Source of the DNA: a virus
Length of the DNA: 64,000 nt
Virus record (IMG/VR): IMGVR_UViG_3300041409_000599
Span: 16,461-80,460 of that record
Reading direction: 5' to 3' (one strand)
The notes beneath the pieces are model-generated. The model was not told where the DNA came from and made no database searches. It saw nothing but the letters and a program-made list of their open reading frames with translations. Positions 46,257 to 55,944 of this stretch are shown here, one piece after another. Each line of letters starts with the position of its first letter. Position 1 is the first letter of the stretch. The translations under genes were made by a program, and so were the position numbers.

Positions 46257-48669
46257 CTACCACTATATCGCTGGCCACCCAAGCTGCCGCAGCGGGTGTA
46301 GTGTTGAAATTACCAATGACTGCTGTTGATACGCTTCCGCCAGTTTGTTTACAGCGATTGACGGTAACCGACGTGGTTGTCTGATCTTCGCAGTCACAAT
46401 TCCACCCATTAAACGATGTCGGCAGTCCAATTGTTCCACTGTTCGCTGTGCCGCCGGTTCCTACGTTGATGGCAAAAGACGCTGAGCCATTACTGCCGAC
46501 GATCGACGCTCCCGTGCCGAAGCCAGCAGAGATGGTTGGGGCCGTATCTGAAATTAAAAGATGACCAGTTGCCCGAGGGCGATAGGTGGTTGCGTCCACA
46601 AAGAAAGTGAACACATCTGACCACGCAAGCCCCGCACTCCCAAGAGGAACAGTGCCGTTAGTTGCGGGCAGGAAACCCGACGCTGCCGCAATTGTAAGAG
46701 CTCCTCCGTTGTTAGAATCCAGCTTAACGCAATTGTTGCTTGCATCAGAGTATGAGTAATTGTTTTGGGCCTGCGGGAAGATAACGCAATTTTTAGTATT
46801 GGCCCCTATTGTTACATCTTGAACCGTGTGTCCGTTGATGTTATTGCCAATCAGAATGAATTGAGTTAACTGAGTGGCCGCGCCCACTGGGAAGGCTGTA
46901 CAAAGCCCCCTTGCTCCAACGCTAGTTCCAAGCAGTGTATTTCCCGTAAGCAGATGTCCGAAGCCATCGTTTAGATTCACATCGCAGGTTGTATTGGTTT
47001 CAAAATCGGAATTGGTTACATGAAGTTGGGTGTTAACGGCCCCCGCTGCAACATTGATGCCGTTGTTGGAGTCCGCAGCCGTTGATGCGACCATGTCTAT
47101 TCCGCGAGACGTTGCTCCAGAAATATTCCAGCCGTCTGCCGTGCCGGGATTAAATGAAGCATTATTGCCACCGCACAGGTCAGCGGTTGATTGCAGGAAG
47201 TGAATCTGGCTGTTTACCCCAGAACTTACTCCGTCTTTTAGAACGTAGCAGTGGCTTCCTGATTGATCAACATGCACATTCAGGAAGTTAATCATGAAGG
47301 CATTATCTTTGATGACAAAGCCTGAGCCTTTGGGCTGATTACATTGAATATTCTCAAAACTGAGAGCGCGAACCTGCGTTGATCCGCTTCCGCCGTTAAT
47401 ATCTACGCAGTCGCCCGCCGTAGCCCCGCCCACGGTCTTGTTGCCAATCATGGCAAAGTCGCGGAACGTTACGCCTTCAACGGATGTACCACCGCCAAGC
47501 GAAATGACAAAGAAACTGTTGCCAGTTGAGGTATTCGTTAACGAAGAGCCAGCAACTATGGTCGCGTTTGTTCCGGGATCGGAAGGGCCGCCCATTCCCT
47601 GACCTTCAATGACTACAGGCTTTTGAATCGTGACTGGCCATCCTGCCGCACTGCAATTGCCCGATTGAATAACAATCACGCCGCCGAATGCGGGCAAATC
47701 GTTATAGGCTTCCTGCACGCCGCACGTGGTAGAACCAATTACGTAATTGCAGGCATATCGAATGCCGCCGATATTCTTGGGGCAAGCCGCCGTGAATGCT
47801 CCTGTTACCGTCACAACTCCGCTGAATGTTCCGCTGCCCGCCGTAAACCCAAAACTCCCCAGACTCAGCGGCCCGGCAATACTCTGTGCCGCGTTCCCCG
47901 GAGGCGTTGCCATCAGTGGACTCGGCCAGATTACCCCACCAAAACTTACCGGCCAGCCCGTCGACACGTTTACGCTTCCATTCGTCCCGCCAAAGAATCG
48001 CGCCTGGCTGATCGGGTACCCGGCAATCTTTGATCCGCCGGCGTTCACCATGTTGATGGTGTAGTACGTGGTCGAAGGGATCATCTCATCCGTGAATCGG
48101 ATGGAGCATGTGCTGGTGTTGGTAACAGGAAGTGCCGCGCCCACGGCGAGCGCCGCGGTTTGCTGATAATTTGCGCCAAAGCCGGTGAGCGACGATTGCC
48201 GCGTCTCCGTCCCGGTCGTTGCCGATATGTAAACCCGCCAGCCCGTAGCGTTCGGAGGCTGAATCGCCGGAGGCGTAGCGATCAACGTTCCTGGACTGGC
48301 CAGCGTGATCGACGCTTCTGGCGACGGCAGTGATTCGCCCGTACCGTCAAAGATCGTGTACTTCACAAAGTACGTGCCAGCCGCCAGCGTTCCGGAACCA
48401 AGATTCACGCTGAGTACCGGCGCCACCAGCGGATCGGGTTCGCCCGTAATCGCGCCCGCGCTCGAGGTGTAGCAGTTCACGCCCGAGGCCACGACCTGCG
48501 CCGAGCCAGAAACGTACGCCACCTGGTTCAGCGTGAACGTCAGCGTGCCATTGACGACGCCGCCCGACGAGGCAGTTTGAATGTTTCCGGTGATAGATCC
48601 CGCGTGGGCCTGGATCGCGCACACCAGTGCAATGACTGCGGTAAGCAGCTTTCGAAGAGAGGTTTTCAT
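46237..48669 (-). CDS. Tailspike with pectin-lyase-like beta-helix and Sec signal peptide
   Basis: GVQEAYNDL..GGVIVI..IEGQG, then N/G-rich helix rungs; signal ..AHA|G. Confidence 0.75.
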   Translation of the reverse strand: MKTSLRKLLTAVIALVCAIQAHAGSITGNIQTASSGGVVNGTLTFTLNQVAYVSGSAQVVASGVNCYTSSAGAITGEPDPLVAPVLSVNLGSGTLAAGTYFVKYTIFDGTGESLPSPEASITLASPGTLIATPPAIQPPNATGWRVYISATTGTETRQSSLTGFGANYQQTAALAVGAALPVTNTSTCSIRFTDEMIPSTTYYTINMVNAGGSKIAGYPISQARFFGGTNGSVNVSTGWPVSFGGVIWPSPLMATPPGNAAQSIAGPLSLGSFGFTAGSGTFSGVVTVTGAFTAACPKNIGGIRYACNYVIGSTTCGVQEAYNDLPAFGGVIVIQSGNCSAAGWPVTIQKPVVIEGQGMGGPSDPGTNATIVAGSSLTNTSTGNSFFVISLGGGTSVEGVTFRDFAMIGNKTVGGATAGDCVDINGGSGSTQVRALSFENIQCNQPKGSGFVIKDNAFMINFLNVHVDQSGSHCYVLKDGVSSGVNSQIHFLQSTADLCGGNNASFNPGTADGWNISGATSRGIDMVASTAADSNNGINVAAGAVNTQLHVTNSDFETNTTCDVNLNDGFGHLLTGNTLLGTSVGARGLCTAFPVGAATQLTQFILIGNNINGHTVQDVTIGANTKNCVIFPQAQNNYSYSDASNNCVKLDSNNGGALTIAAASGFLPATNGTVPLGSAGLAWSDVFTFFVDATTYRPRATGHLLISDTAPTISAGFGTGASIVGSNGSASFAINVGTGGTANSGTIGLPTSFNGWNCDCEDQTTTSVTVNRCKQTGGSVSTAVIGNFNTTPAAAAWVASDIVVVKCLAR

Positions 48670-48715
48670 TTAGATGTTTTTGGCTGATTGCCAAGTGCTA
48701 ACTGCTAATTGCTTC

Positions 48716-48895
48716 CTATGGCGCGGTGTTGAAATTCGTGACCACGTAGCGAATCTGCTCTCGCGGGATGAGTCCCACGCTGTTGCCCTGGCCGTCAAGG
48801 ATCTCCAGCCAAAATTGCGCATCGCTAAGCGTTAATACTGCCGCAGCGAAGTCCTTGTTGCTGCCATCGATAAAGACCACCGTGACTGAGTTCAC
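48716..48895 (-). CDS. Hypothetical 59-aa protein
   Basis: GTGA-coupled ORF below the ORF-track threshold. Confidence 0.5.
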   Translation of the reverse strand: MNSVTVVFIDGSNKDFAAAVLTLSDAQFWLEILDGQGNSVGLIPREQIRYVVTNFNTAP

Positions 48896-49182
48896 GCCGA
48901 CGCCGTCGCAGCCTCAAGCTGTTGAAGTTGCTCTGCCATGTGATACGCCGGGTCCCACACAAACTTAAATACCGGACAGCCGTTCTTCATCAGTTCCGCT
49001 ATGCGGTACTTGTGGCCGGGGTTCTTCTGGTCGAAGTCTTCGACAAACGTTTCCAGAATGTTGTCGACGCCAGCGGGACTGAAGCGCATGCCGCGATCCG
49101 GCACCACGCGCCGGCGCGCAATCACACGCCTGTTATCGCGGTCCATCACTTCGATTTCCACGCGCTTGGCTAGTTTCTTCAT
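48892..49182 (-). CDS. Hypothetical protein
   Basis: ORF in operon. Confidence 0.6.
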   Translation of the reverse strand: MKKLAKRVEIEVMDRDNRRVIARRRVVPDRGMRFSPAGVDNILETFVEDFDQKNPGHKYRIAELMKNGCPVFKFVWDPAYHMAEQLQQLEAATASA

Positions 49183-49186
49183 AGGC

Positions 49187-49218
49187 AAAACAAAAAGCCC
49201 GGCTCATGCTCCGGGCTT
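49187..49218 (-). terminator. Terminator-like hairpin
   Basis: AAGCCCGG/CCGGGCTT followed by TTTGTTTT. Confidence 0.6.
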
Positions 49219-49260
49219 CCTGGCTCCAGCACTCCTACAGACCTCACGGCAATAATTAAC

Positions 49261-49289
49261 TTGACTAACCAAACTATTTGGGCTATTCT
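49261..49289 (+). promoter_or_regulatory. Transposase promoter (leaderless)
   Basis: TTGACT-17-TATTCT, with ATG 6 nt later. Confidence 0.7.
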
Positions 49290-49295
49290 GCTTAC

Positions 49296-50300
49296 ATGAA
49301 ACGCAAGTTACAGCAACCAAAGACCTTGCAGGACGCTATCAAATACTTCAGCGATGAAAGAATCTGCATTGATGCCGTCGCTAATATGCGCTGGCCTGAT
49401 GGTAAACCAGCCTGTCCAGCTTGCGGACATACTGAGCACTACTGGCTTGACACTCAGAAGCGCTGGAAGTGCCGTGAGTGCTCAAAGCAGTTCTCGGTTA
49501 AGGTTGGCACCATCTTTGAGGATTCGCCGCTCTCTCTAACCAAGTGGCTCCCTGCACTCTGGATGCTAGTTAACTGCAAAAATGGAATCAGCAGCTACGA
49601 ACTCGGTAAAGACCTTGGGGTGTCTCAGAAGTCCTCTTGGTTCATGTTGCACCGCCTGAGACTAGCCCTGAAAAACGGCTTCACTTCTAAACTCGGAAGC
49701 GAAGGTGGCCCTGTTGAAGCTGATGAAACTTTTGTCGGCCCTGATCCGCGCCGTATGCACAAATCCCGCAGAGCAAGAATTCTCGCCATCGCTGGCAATG
49801 ACCGCAGCAAGAATAACCGCGCTCCCGGAAAAACTATCGTCATGGGAATGCTTGACCGCAACATGCGTCAGGTTCGAGCTATGGTCATCCCCGATGTGAA
49901 GCGCGTCACTCTGCAAGAGAAGATTCTCGACAACGTGCAAGGTGGCGCACACATGATTACCGACGATTTTCCGAGCTACAAATATGCGCTTGCTGAGAAC
50001 TTCACCCATGACGTTATCGATCACGTTAAGGGCTACGTCGATGGGCAAGTGCATACCAACGGAATTGAAAATTTCTGGTCGCTCCTGAAACGTGGACTAC
50101 GTGGAACCTATGTTGCGGTTGAGCCGTTTCACCTTGACCGCTACGTCGATGAGCAAGTATTCCGCTTCAACAATCGCGCAACCAAAGACCGCAACATGAC
50201 AGATGCCGACCGCTTTCAACAGGCACTATCTCAGGTTGCCGGGAAGCGTCTCACGTTCGCTGAATTAACCGGCAAGACCGGCGATGCGACGTGTTTCTAA
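49296..50300 (+). CDS. IS1595-family (ISXO2-like) transposase
   Basis: RWPDG.CP.CG Zn ribbon; VEADETF; TDD; HTNGIENFWSLLKR. Confidence 0.95.
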   Translation: MKRKLQQPKTLQDAIKYFSDERICIDAVANMRWPDGKPACPACGHTEHYWLDTQKRWKCRECSKQFSVKVGTIFEDSPLSLTKWLPALWMLVNCKNGISSYELGKDLGVSQKSSWFMLHRLRLALKNGFTSKLGSEGGPVEADETFVGPDPRRMHKSRRARILAIAGNDRSKNNRAPGKTIVMGMLDRNMRQVRAMVIPDVKRVTLQEKILDNVQGGAHMITDDFPSYKYALAENFTHDVIDHVKGYVDGQVHTNGIENFWSLLKRGLRGTYVAVEPFHLDRYVDEQVFRFNNRATKDRNMTDADRFQQALSQVAGKRLTFAELTGKTGDATCF

Positions 50301-50470
50301 TCCTTATCGTTTGAAGCGCGGGAAGCGCCCGAAGTCTTAGGGCGCTTTTTCTTTTCTGCTTTTTCTGCGTCCAGCTTGGCCTTGATCTCGGAATGCGGAA
50401 CCTGGACAACGTGCCGCAGAGCATTCTCAAAGTTCTGGTATTCAGCGGTCGTTTTTGGGTTGGACTTCAT
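50297..50470 (-). CDS. Small IS1595-associated protein (57 aa)
   Basis: EYQNFENALRHVVQVPHSEIK; convergent with the transposase. Confidence 0.55.
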   Translation of the reverse strand: MKSNPKTTAEYQNFENALRHVVQVPHSEIKAKLDAEKAEKKKRPKTSGASRASNDKD

Positions 50471-50814
50471 TTCTCCGGGTCCTCGCCTTCCAATTCTTTC
50501 ACTCGCTGCCTGAGTGCATCCCGCGTCTTAGTGACCCGCCTAATGTCCTCAGAAAGCTTCTTTACATTGTCGGCGCTGAGTCTTTGAAATAGCCCTTCGG
50601 CGAGAATCTTCCATCCACTACCGACGATTGGTGTGCCGGTAAAAAACTGAATCTTTGAAGGACTCAGTAGAGCCTCATGTAGTGTTTCGGCAAGTCCAGC
50701 AAGCTCGGCAGCGGTCGCTTCCAGCGCGGCGAGTTCCTTTTTCGTGTTAGTGTAGTCAGCTCGCGCCTTGCCTGCGATTGCGTGCATGTCTTGATCGGTC
50801 ATAGTAATCCACAT
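50467..50814 (-). CDS. Passenger coiled-coil protein
   Basis: ORF coupled to neighbours. Confidence 0.55.
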   Translation of the reverse strand: MWITMTDQDMHAIAGKARADYTNTKKELAALEATAAELAGLAETLHEALLSPSKIQFFTGTPIVGSGWKILAEGLFQRLSADNVKKLSEDIRRVTKTRDALRQRVKELEGEDPEK

Positions 50815-51623
50815 TATAGACCGCGAAGATCGCTTGGGCGGAATGGCGTGAAATGCTTCTTGAATTTCTCTTCGTCCCAGACCACGCTCCAGGCAGGAAT
50901 TACTTGGCGCATGATGTGAGCTAAGTAACTGGCTTTTTTGCCGTGCTTCACAATGTTCTCTCGATTCACGGCCCATGCAACGATGTCAGCGGCCTGAATG
51001 CCGGGGACATCCCTCATATCGACGGCGGCAACTTCTTTCACTCTCTGCCAGATGTTCCACTCGCCCGTTCTATCGGCGCGATCCTTTTCGGCATTCCACT
51101 TGTCCTCAAATGGCTGCTTAAAGTATTCGTTCCGATCAAAGAAGTAGCTGATCGTGTCAGCCATCGGGTCAACTACATCTGGATAACAACCCTTTACCTT
51201 TTTGGGATAGTCACCTAGCCACCACATCAAGACAGCTTCCGAGCAAAACTGATTGCACAACTCAATCGGCTCCGGTATTAGGTAGCTCTGTGCCTTCAGC
51301 TTGTGGTACGCCCTCATGTCAATGGCGCAATAGAACATCTTGAAACGCAATTTGTCCAAGCGTGACATATGGATAAGGCATTTGTTCGACAGGCCAAATG
51401 CGCTGTTATCATCCCACCCAAGTTTTCTGTCGAAGCCCTTTGTCTGGTGAGCTATTTCCCGCATGTGCACATACTTTGCCTTCGGCGTGTGGCCGTCTAA
51501 AATCTTGGCCCACTCCGTTTCAAAGTCCTGCCACGTCTGCTCTGTGGCCGCAACAGCAGCGAGAGTCAGGTAGTCGTTTTCCAGTTTGCCGCTACTGTCC
51601 AAATATGCACGAAGGGCGATCAA
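50814..51623 (-). CDS. DUF3800-like (RNase H-fold) passenger protein
   Basis: AYLDSSG, VHMRE, FFDR, GIQAADIVAW; TTG start after SD (ORF open to 51746). Confidence 0.7.
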   Translation of the reverse strand: MIALRAYLDSSGKLENDYLTLAAVAATEQTWQDFETEWAKILDGHTPKAKYVHMREIAHQTKGFDRKLGWDDNSAFGLSNKCLIHMSRLDKLRFKMFYCAIDMRAYHKLKAQSYLIPEPIELCNQFCSEAVLMWWLGDYPKKVKGCYPDVVDPMADTISYFFDRNEYFKQPFEDKWNAEKDRADRTGEWNIWQRVKEVAAVDMRDVPGIQAADIVAWAVNRENIVKHGKKASYLAHIMRQVIPAWSVVWDEEKFKKHFTPFRPSDLRGL

Positions 51624-51830
51624 GATTTCCCCTTGACCAAGATTGACACGGCTGCTGCAACGGCCAATGATGGACTTAGCGGGTGCTCTCCCTGATGCGA
51701 TGTGTTGTCTGGGTTCCCGCTCAAGCGGGATTGTAAGGGCTGTCATTTTGGTTAGTCAAGTTAATTATTGCCGACCTCACTTCCTGTAGGGATATTTTTC
51801 TGATCCGCGTTGATCCGCGGCAAGAAGTTT

Positions 51831-52040
51831 CTACAAACCCTTTTTCAGCGCCTGCAGCCGCTTCGCCCGCAATTCCTGTTGCTCCGGCGAATGCAGCGTT
51901 TCCTGCTCGCTGCGCTCAATCACCTTGGCCAGCAGTTCCGCCGGCATGGTCATCAACACCGTGAGCACGCGGCCAAAGCCAATACCGATCTCGCGTTTGT
52001 CCAGCTTCTTACCCACAATCGCCATACCCGGAGAGCTCAT
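51831..52040 (-). CDS. Hypothetical protein
   Basis: ORF coupled to neighbours. Confidence 0.5.
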   Translation of the reverse strand: MSSPGMAIVGKKLDKREIGIGFGRVLTVLMTMPAELLAKVIERSEQETLHSPEQQELRAKRLQALKKGL

Positions 52041-52201
52041 CTCTGCGGCCCCATCTGCGGCGCCAGTGTGACCTCGCGTTGCGCAGGCCGCTGCCGTTCA
52101 GGTTTGTACCCTGGGCGCCGGCGCTCTTCTTCCCTGGCCGGACAGTAGCCGCGGTCGTGCACGTGGCCGCATTTCGGGCACGGCCGGAAGTTACGCGCCA
52201 C
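52037..52201 (-). CDS. Small Zn-finger protein (54 aa)
   Basis: MARNFRPCPKCGHVH..YC. Confidence 0.45.
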   Translation of the reverse strand: MARNFRPCPKCGHVHDRGYCPAREEERRRPGYKPERQRPAQREVTLAPQMGPQR

Positions 52202-52583
52202 CTGTCCGCTCCATGGCCCGTTTCATCTCCGGTGGAACGTAATTCGTGATCGCCGCGCAAGCGTTCTCTACACCGCGGATGCAGCGTGTCTTGGTGCGCT
52301 TCGGGCTGGTGATGGTGACGCCGTTCCAGAGCTTCTTGTGATTCAATCCAATCGCCTGATCCGGCCCGATGCCGCCACCCGTAACGATGTCCCGAGGATC
52401 AGGCGTGAACTTCAGCCGGACGTCGCGGGCGTGATTCATAAAATCTGCCATGTTCATGTTGCGGAGCTCGCGCGCGTACTCTCTGGGCAGGCGCCAGCTT
52501 TCTTTGAATTGTTTATTGGGCAGGTAGACGCCAACTGTATCGCGTCCGCTGTATTGGGTTGGAGTAGAGACAGGTATGTTCAT
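52191..52583 (-). CDS. Hypothetical protein
   Basis: 130-aa ORF. Confidence 0.55.
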   Translation of the reverse strand: MNIPVSTPTQYSGRDTVGVYLPNKQFKESWRLPREYARELRNMNMADFMNHARDVRLKFTPDPRDIVTGGGIGPDQAIGLNHKKLWNGVTITSPKRTKTRCIRGVENACAAITNYVPPEMKRAMERTGGA

Positions 52584-52731
52584 TGAGTGGGGCAGGTGCG
52601 CCGTTTGGCCCCGGCACTGTAGGCTTTCTTGCTGCGTACGAACCCGCCTCGCGACGGGTCACATACGTTACTTCCCAGAGAAGGAGAGATAGATTGTCAG
52701 CTTTGTGCTGCTGTGACTGTACGCAGATGAG

Positions 52732-52926
52732 TCACGGAGTTGCAAAATGTTGTTGGGCTTTGGTTGGCCTTCGGTTGCGCTTTCTGTCCCGCTGGACGAT
52801 CTGCTCCACGGCGTGGCCCAGGCCAAATTCGCCGGCCAGGTTGATGAGGTAAAGCTTGGTTTCGGCGTCAACTTTGCAGTTCAGGTTGACGCGCTCGCTT
52901 TCGCCTTTGCGATAGCGGTCAGCCAT
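52732..52926 (-). CDS. Putative ribbon-helix-helix protein
   Basis: RVNLNCKVDAET.. strand-helix-helix pattern. Confidence 0.5.
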   Translation of the reverse strand: MADRYRKGESERVNLNCKVDAETKLYLINLAGEFGLGHAVEQIVQRDRKRNRRPTKAQQHFATP

Positions 52927-53149
52927 GCGACCCCAGCCCGGTAACTATTCCGCAGCGGCGCAAGAAGTCATCATCGATCGCATCCACCAGCGTTTGCATC
53001 TTGTCGACCTGTATCCACGGATGCCGCGTATTCCTGTCGATCAGGGCAATCGTGCCGGCGGCAAGTTGAGAATTAACGATGATCGGGATGCCGTGAATAT
53101 CAGTGCTTCTTCCCCGCGGCCAGCCCGGAATGATCTCGCGTGCCTTCAC
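52919..53149 (-). CDS. Hypothetical protein
   Basis: ORF in operon. Confidence 0.45.
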   Translation of the reverse strand: MKAREIIPGWPRGRSTDIHGIPIIVNSQLAAGTIALIDRNTRHPWIQVDKMQTLVDAIDDDFLRRCGIVTGLGSHG

Positions 53150-53329
53150 TCAGAATTCTTTCTTGGCCGTCAAAATGATGGTGGCTGGCTCGTCAGCTAC
53201 AGTCGTTGCTGTGTGTATGAAGCGATCACCCGTCGTTAAGCACACCTGCACATCCGTGTAGCCATCAGCGATAAGCTTCCGAGCTTCGCCAGTTGCTGCA
53301 ACAAATCGTTTCAAGGTCTCGTTTTCCAT
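53150..53329 (-). CDS. Hypothetical protein
   Basis: Strong SD before MENETL. Confidence 0.5.
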   Translation of the reverse strand: MENETLKRFVAATGEARKLIADGYTDVQVCLTTGDRFIHTATTVADEPATIILTAKKEF

Positions 53330-53729
53330 TAACTTCCTCCCCTTTACCTTCATCGTCTTTGTGCTGAATCAGCCATTGCTGCGCTTCTGCCATGGTCCGC
53401 AGATCGTCACGGCCGGCAAAGTTATAAGCCAGCGCATCGGTCGCGCCGGGAAAGAACCGCTTGAACAGCCGCGCTTTCTGCTCTGCCGTCGCTTCCTTGA
53501 ATTCCAACTCAAAGTCCACGCGTCCCGGCCGCACCAGCGCTGGATCCAGTAACTCAGGGTGGTTCGTCGTCATGAACACAATCGAGCCATCTTTCGCCAT
53601 GAAGCCATCCAGGGAATTGAGCAGGCCGGTCAGCGTCAGCCCTTTGTGTCCGTCTTTTTCGGGATGGCGTTTATGCGCAGCCAGCGCCGCGTCAGATGCG
53701 CCAGCAGTTGCGGCATCATACGCACCCAT
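53265..53729 (-). pseudogene. C-terminal fragment of a BCS1-like AAA ATPase
   Basis: GLLNSLDG, MTTNHPELLDPALVRPGRVD; no Walker A or B. Confidence 0.7.
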
Positions 53730-54078
53730 CCGCTTGGTTTCTCGGATCAATGTCGCGCGGATCGGCTTCGAGCTTCCGCAGCTTTTCACAGGCTTCTGTA
53801 AAAGCTCTGTTGTAGCCGATGCGCCAGTCTTTAACCGCAGCCCATAGTGCTTCCAGGGCATCACACCGTTCAATCGACATCGTGGCGCAGTGCCAGCGAT
53901 CTTTGATTACTTGAGCTATTTCGGGTGGGACGCTGGCTTCGCCGGGCAGGTTAAGATCACCCAGACCGAGAAAATGAACCGATTCAGGCGGGATCTCGAT
54001 GTCGCCCATGCGATCAACGATTTGCTGCTGGGCTTTGCGGAAAGTTTCAGGCGTGAGTTTCGCGGTGGACGGGTCCAT
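53716..54078 (-). CDS. Hypothetical protein
   Basis: SD GGAGGAG. Confidence 0.6.
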   Translation of the reverse strand: MDPSTAKLTPETFRKAQQQIVDRMGDIEIPPESVHFLGLGDLNLPGEASVPPEIAQVIKDRWHCATMSIERCDALEALWAAVKDWRIGYNRAFTEACEKLRKLEADPRDIDPRNQADGCV

Positions 54079-54250
54079 GATCTCCCTCCCTGAGAGTCCT
54101 GGGTATGCACCTGCGCCGTCCGGTTACATCGTCGGGGAAACTACCCGATTTCTGCCTTGAGTTGTGGGGTTCTGTGCCGAATATACCAGCTACTCTGGAA
54201 GGGAAGTCAAGAAATAAATAAGCAGGGAATCAATCTCTAAGGCCTGCGGC

Positions 54251-54682
54251 TCAGATTTTAAACTTTTCGTTGGGCCAGCTCGCCAGGCCAACCAGGTTGG
54301 AAGGGCTCTGCTCTTTCACCGCGGGATCGAAAGTTGGCTCTTTGAATTTTGGCTTCTTGATGCTCTGCCCGTTCGCGGTAATTGACTGGTTAATGCTCTT
54401 TTCTTTATCGACACCCAGTTTGGCTTCGCCTTCGATCACAGCCCGGATGATCACAGATCGCGGCTGCGGGCTGCCTTGCATCTTCAGGAATTCCTCTATC
54501 GCCTGCCAGGGTTTAAGGTTCCTGAATCTCCCCTTAAGCCCCATCGACGACTCGCCCGCCTTCACCGCCAGCAGCCCCTGCTCCGTCGCCCGCCAAATAG
54601 CCAACTCCTGCTCCAGCCGTTCAATCTGCTGGCGCACGAATGCCAAATCCGGCGGTGACTTTGCTTCTGCCATTGCACTCAT
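54251..54682 (-). CDS. Coiled-coil plus putative winged-helix protein
   Basis: QAIEEFLKMQGSPQPRSVIIRAV..SINQSI. Confidence 0.55.
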   Translation of the reverse strand: MSAMAEAKSPPDLAFVRQQIERLEQELAIWRATEQGLLAVKAGESSMGLKGRFRNLKPWQAIEEFLKMQGSPQPRSVIIRAVIEGEAKLGVDKEKSINQSITANGQSIKKPKFKEPTFDPAVKEQSPSNLVGLASWPNEKFKI

Positions 54683-55062
54683 AGAACCGCGTCCACCGCC
54701 TCCAGAAGCTCCGGCACGCGCAGGATATAGATGTTCTCAATGCGGGCCCGGCAGTCAACAAACGCCTCGATGATCGTGGTGGCGGCGGTTGACAGCGCTG
54801 ATTCTTCTAATGCGTTGGAACGCAAAAGATTATCACAGTCGGCGCGAAGCGTAAACGCCGCTTCATGCAGGGCAATGATGTGCGCGTCAGCCTCATCCAG
54901 ATTGTCCCGGTCAATGAACTCTATTTCCGATTCGGCAAAGGGAAGAAAAGCCTTGTCGCACTTCTCCCGGATGGCCCGAACCTCTGCCTGAGGGTCCCCG
55001 TTTACCTTGATGGTTTCCAGTCTTTGAATAAGAACAACCAGCGAATTGTCTCGATCTTGCAT
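54679..55062 (-). CDS. Hypothetical helical protein
   Basis: ATGA coupling to the next gene. Confidence 0.6.
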   Translation of the reverse strand: MQDRDNSLVVLIQRLETIKVNGDPQAEVRAIREKCDKAFLPFAESEIEFIDRDNLDEADAHIIALHEAAFTLRADCDNLLRSNALEESALSTAATTIIEAFVDCRARIENIYILRVPELLEAVDAVL

Positions 55063-55106
55063 TTGCTTTCATCCTGTGGCGCGCGAATTAGCTCTTCACC
55101 CTTTTT

Positions 55107-55865
55107 CTACCTGGACGCAATCGCGACTCTGCCGGCCGCTTGCTGCGTTTGCTCAAACTCATCCAATACCTGCTCCTTCTGTTCCGCTGTGGCCTTCTCA
55201 AAGACCGGCGCAGGCATCAACAGAACCCCGGTCCACCACAACAGCATTATTAGATACGCAATCATCCCCGCGTGTTTTGCGGCTTCCGTAAGTTCCGCCG
55301 GTACCTTATGGCCACGGACAAAGACCGCGAATATAGACACCGTGAAGTACAGAACGAAACCTAGGCAGATCGATGCGGCCCGTGTTTGCCGGCGGAATAC
55401 CTTCAGCGTTCTCCAGAAAATCAGGATTACCGAAAACGCCACCCACAAAGCCCCGGACATCCACTGCTCCGCTGTCATCAGTGCGCGGGTGATGTTGCCG
55501 CCGCGGGAAGCGTAGAACACCCCGGCCGCCGTTAAGGCCGCGGCCATGCCGGTCCCCATGAAAATAAGCAGCCTGGCCGTCACCCATGCCGGCAGGGCGC
55601 CACGTGGGCCCAGAAGCTTGCCGCTCAACTCGCCGGCAGTCATCGCCGCGCAGATCCCACCAAAGAAAATCAGCATGTAGTACGTGATGACGTAAGTAAC
55701 GCTGAAGTGGGTCACGTAGACGATTAAAGACGCTGCCGCCGCGAACGCCTGAAAGAAAACATACCCATACAGACGTGGATATGATTCATAGATGCGGCGA
55801 AGGTTGAGGACGGAGCAGAGAGCGAGATTCGCCGCGATAATAGCTAATTCGAAAAGTATGGTCAC
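55107..55865 (-). CDS. Seven-TM membrane protein
   Basis: About 7 hydrophobic helices and a short cytoplasmic tail. Confidence 0.75.
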   Translation of the reverse strand: MTILFELAIIAANLALCSVLNLRRIYESYPRLYGYVFFQAFAAAASLIVYVTHFSVTYVITYYMLIFFGGICAAMTAGELSGKLLGPRGALPAWVTARLLIFMGTGMAAALTAAGVFYASRGGNITRALMTAEQWMSGALWVAFSVILIFWRTLKVFRRQTRAASICLGFVLYFTVSIFAVFVRGHKVPAELTEAAKHAGMIAYLIMLLWWTGVLLMPAPVFEKATAEQKEQVLDEFEQTQQAAGRVAIASR

Positions 55866-55944
55866 AGGGCTGTACCTCTATTTCTGAGGAAATTGCGAGG
55901 TGGCAGCCCGGATTCTATAGTCTGGTGCGATACACAGAGAAAAC

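Larger units (their letters stand above)
49248..51772 (+). mobile_element. IS1595-family element with passenger genes (tIS)
   Basis: Perfect 26-bp TIRs GGCAATAATTAACTTGACTAACCAAA (49248-49273, 51747-51772); 8-bp TSD GACCTCAC (49240-49247, 51773-51780). Confidence 0.95.

Noticed and set aside
46237-48669. Diversity-generating retroelement targeting the tailspike
   Set aside because: No reverse transcriptase and no TR/VR repeat pair seen
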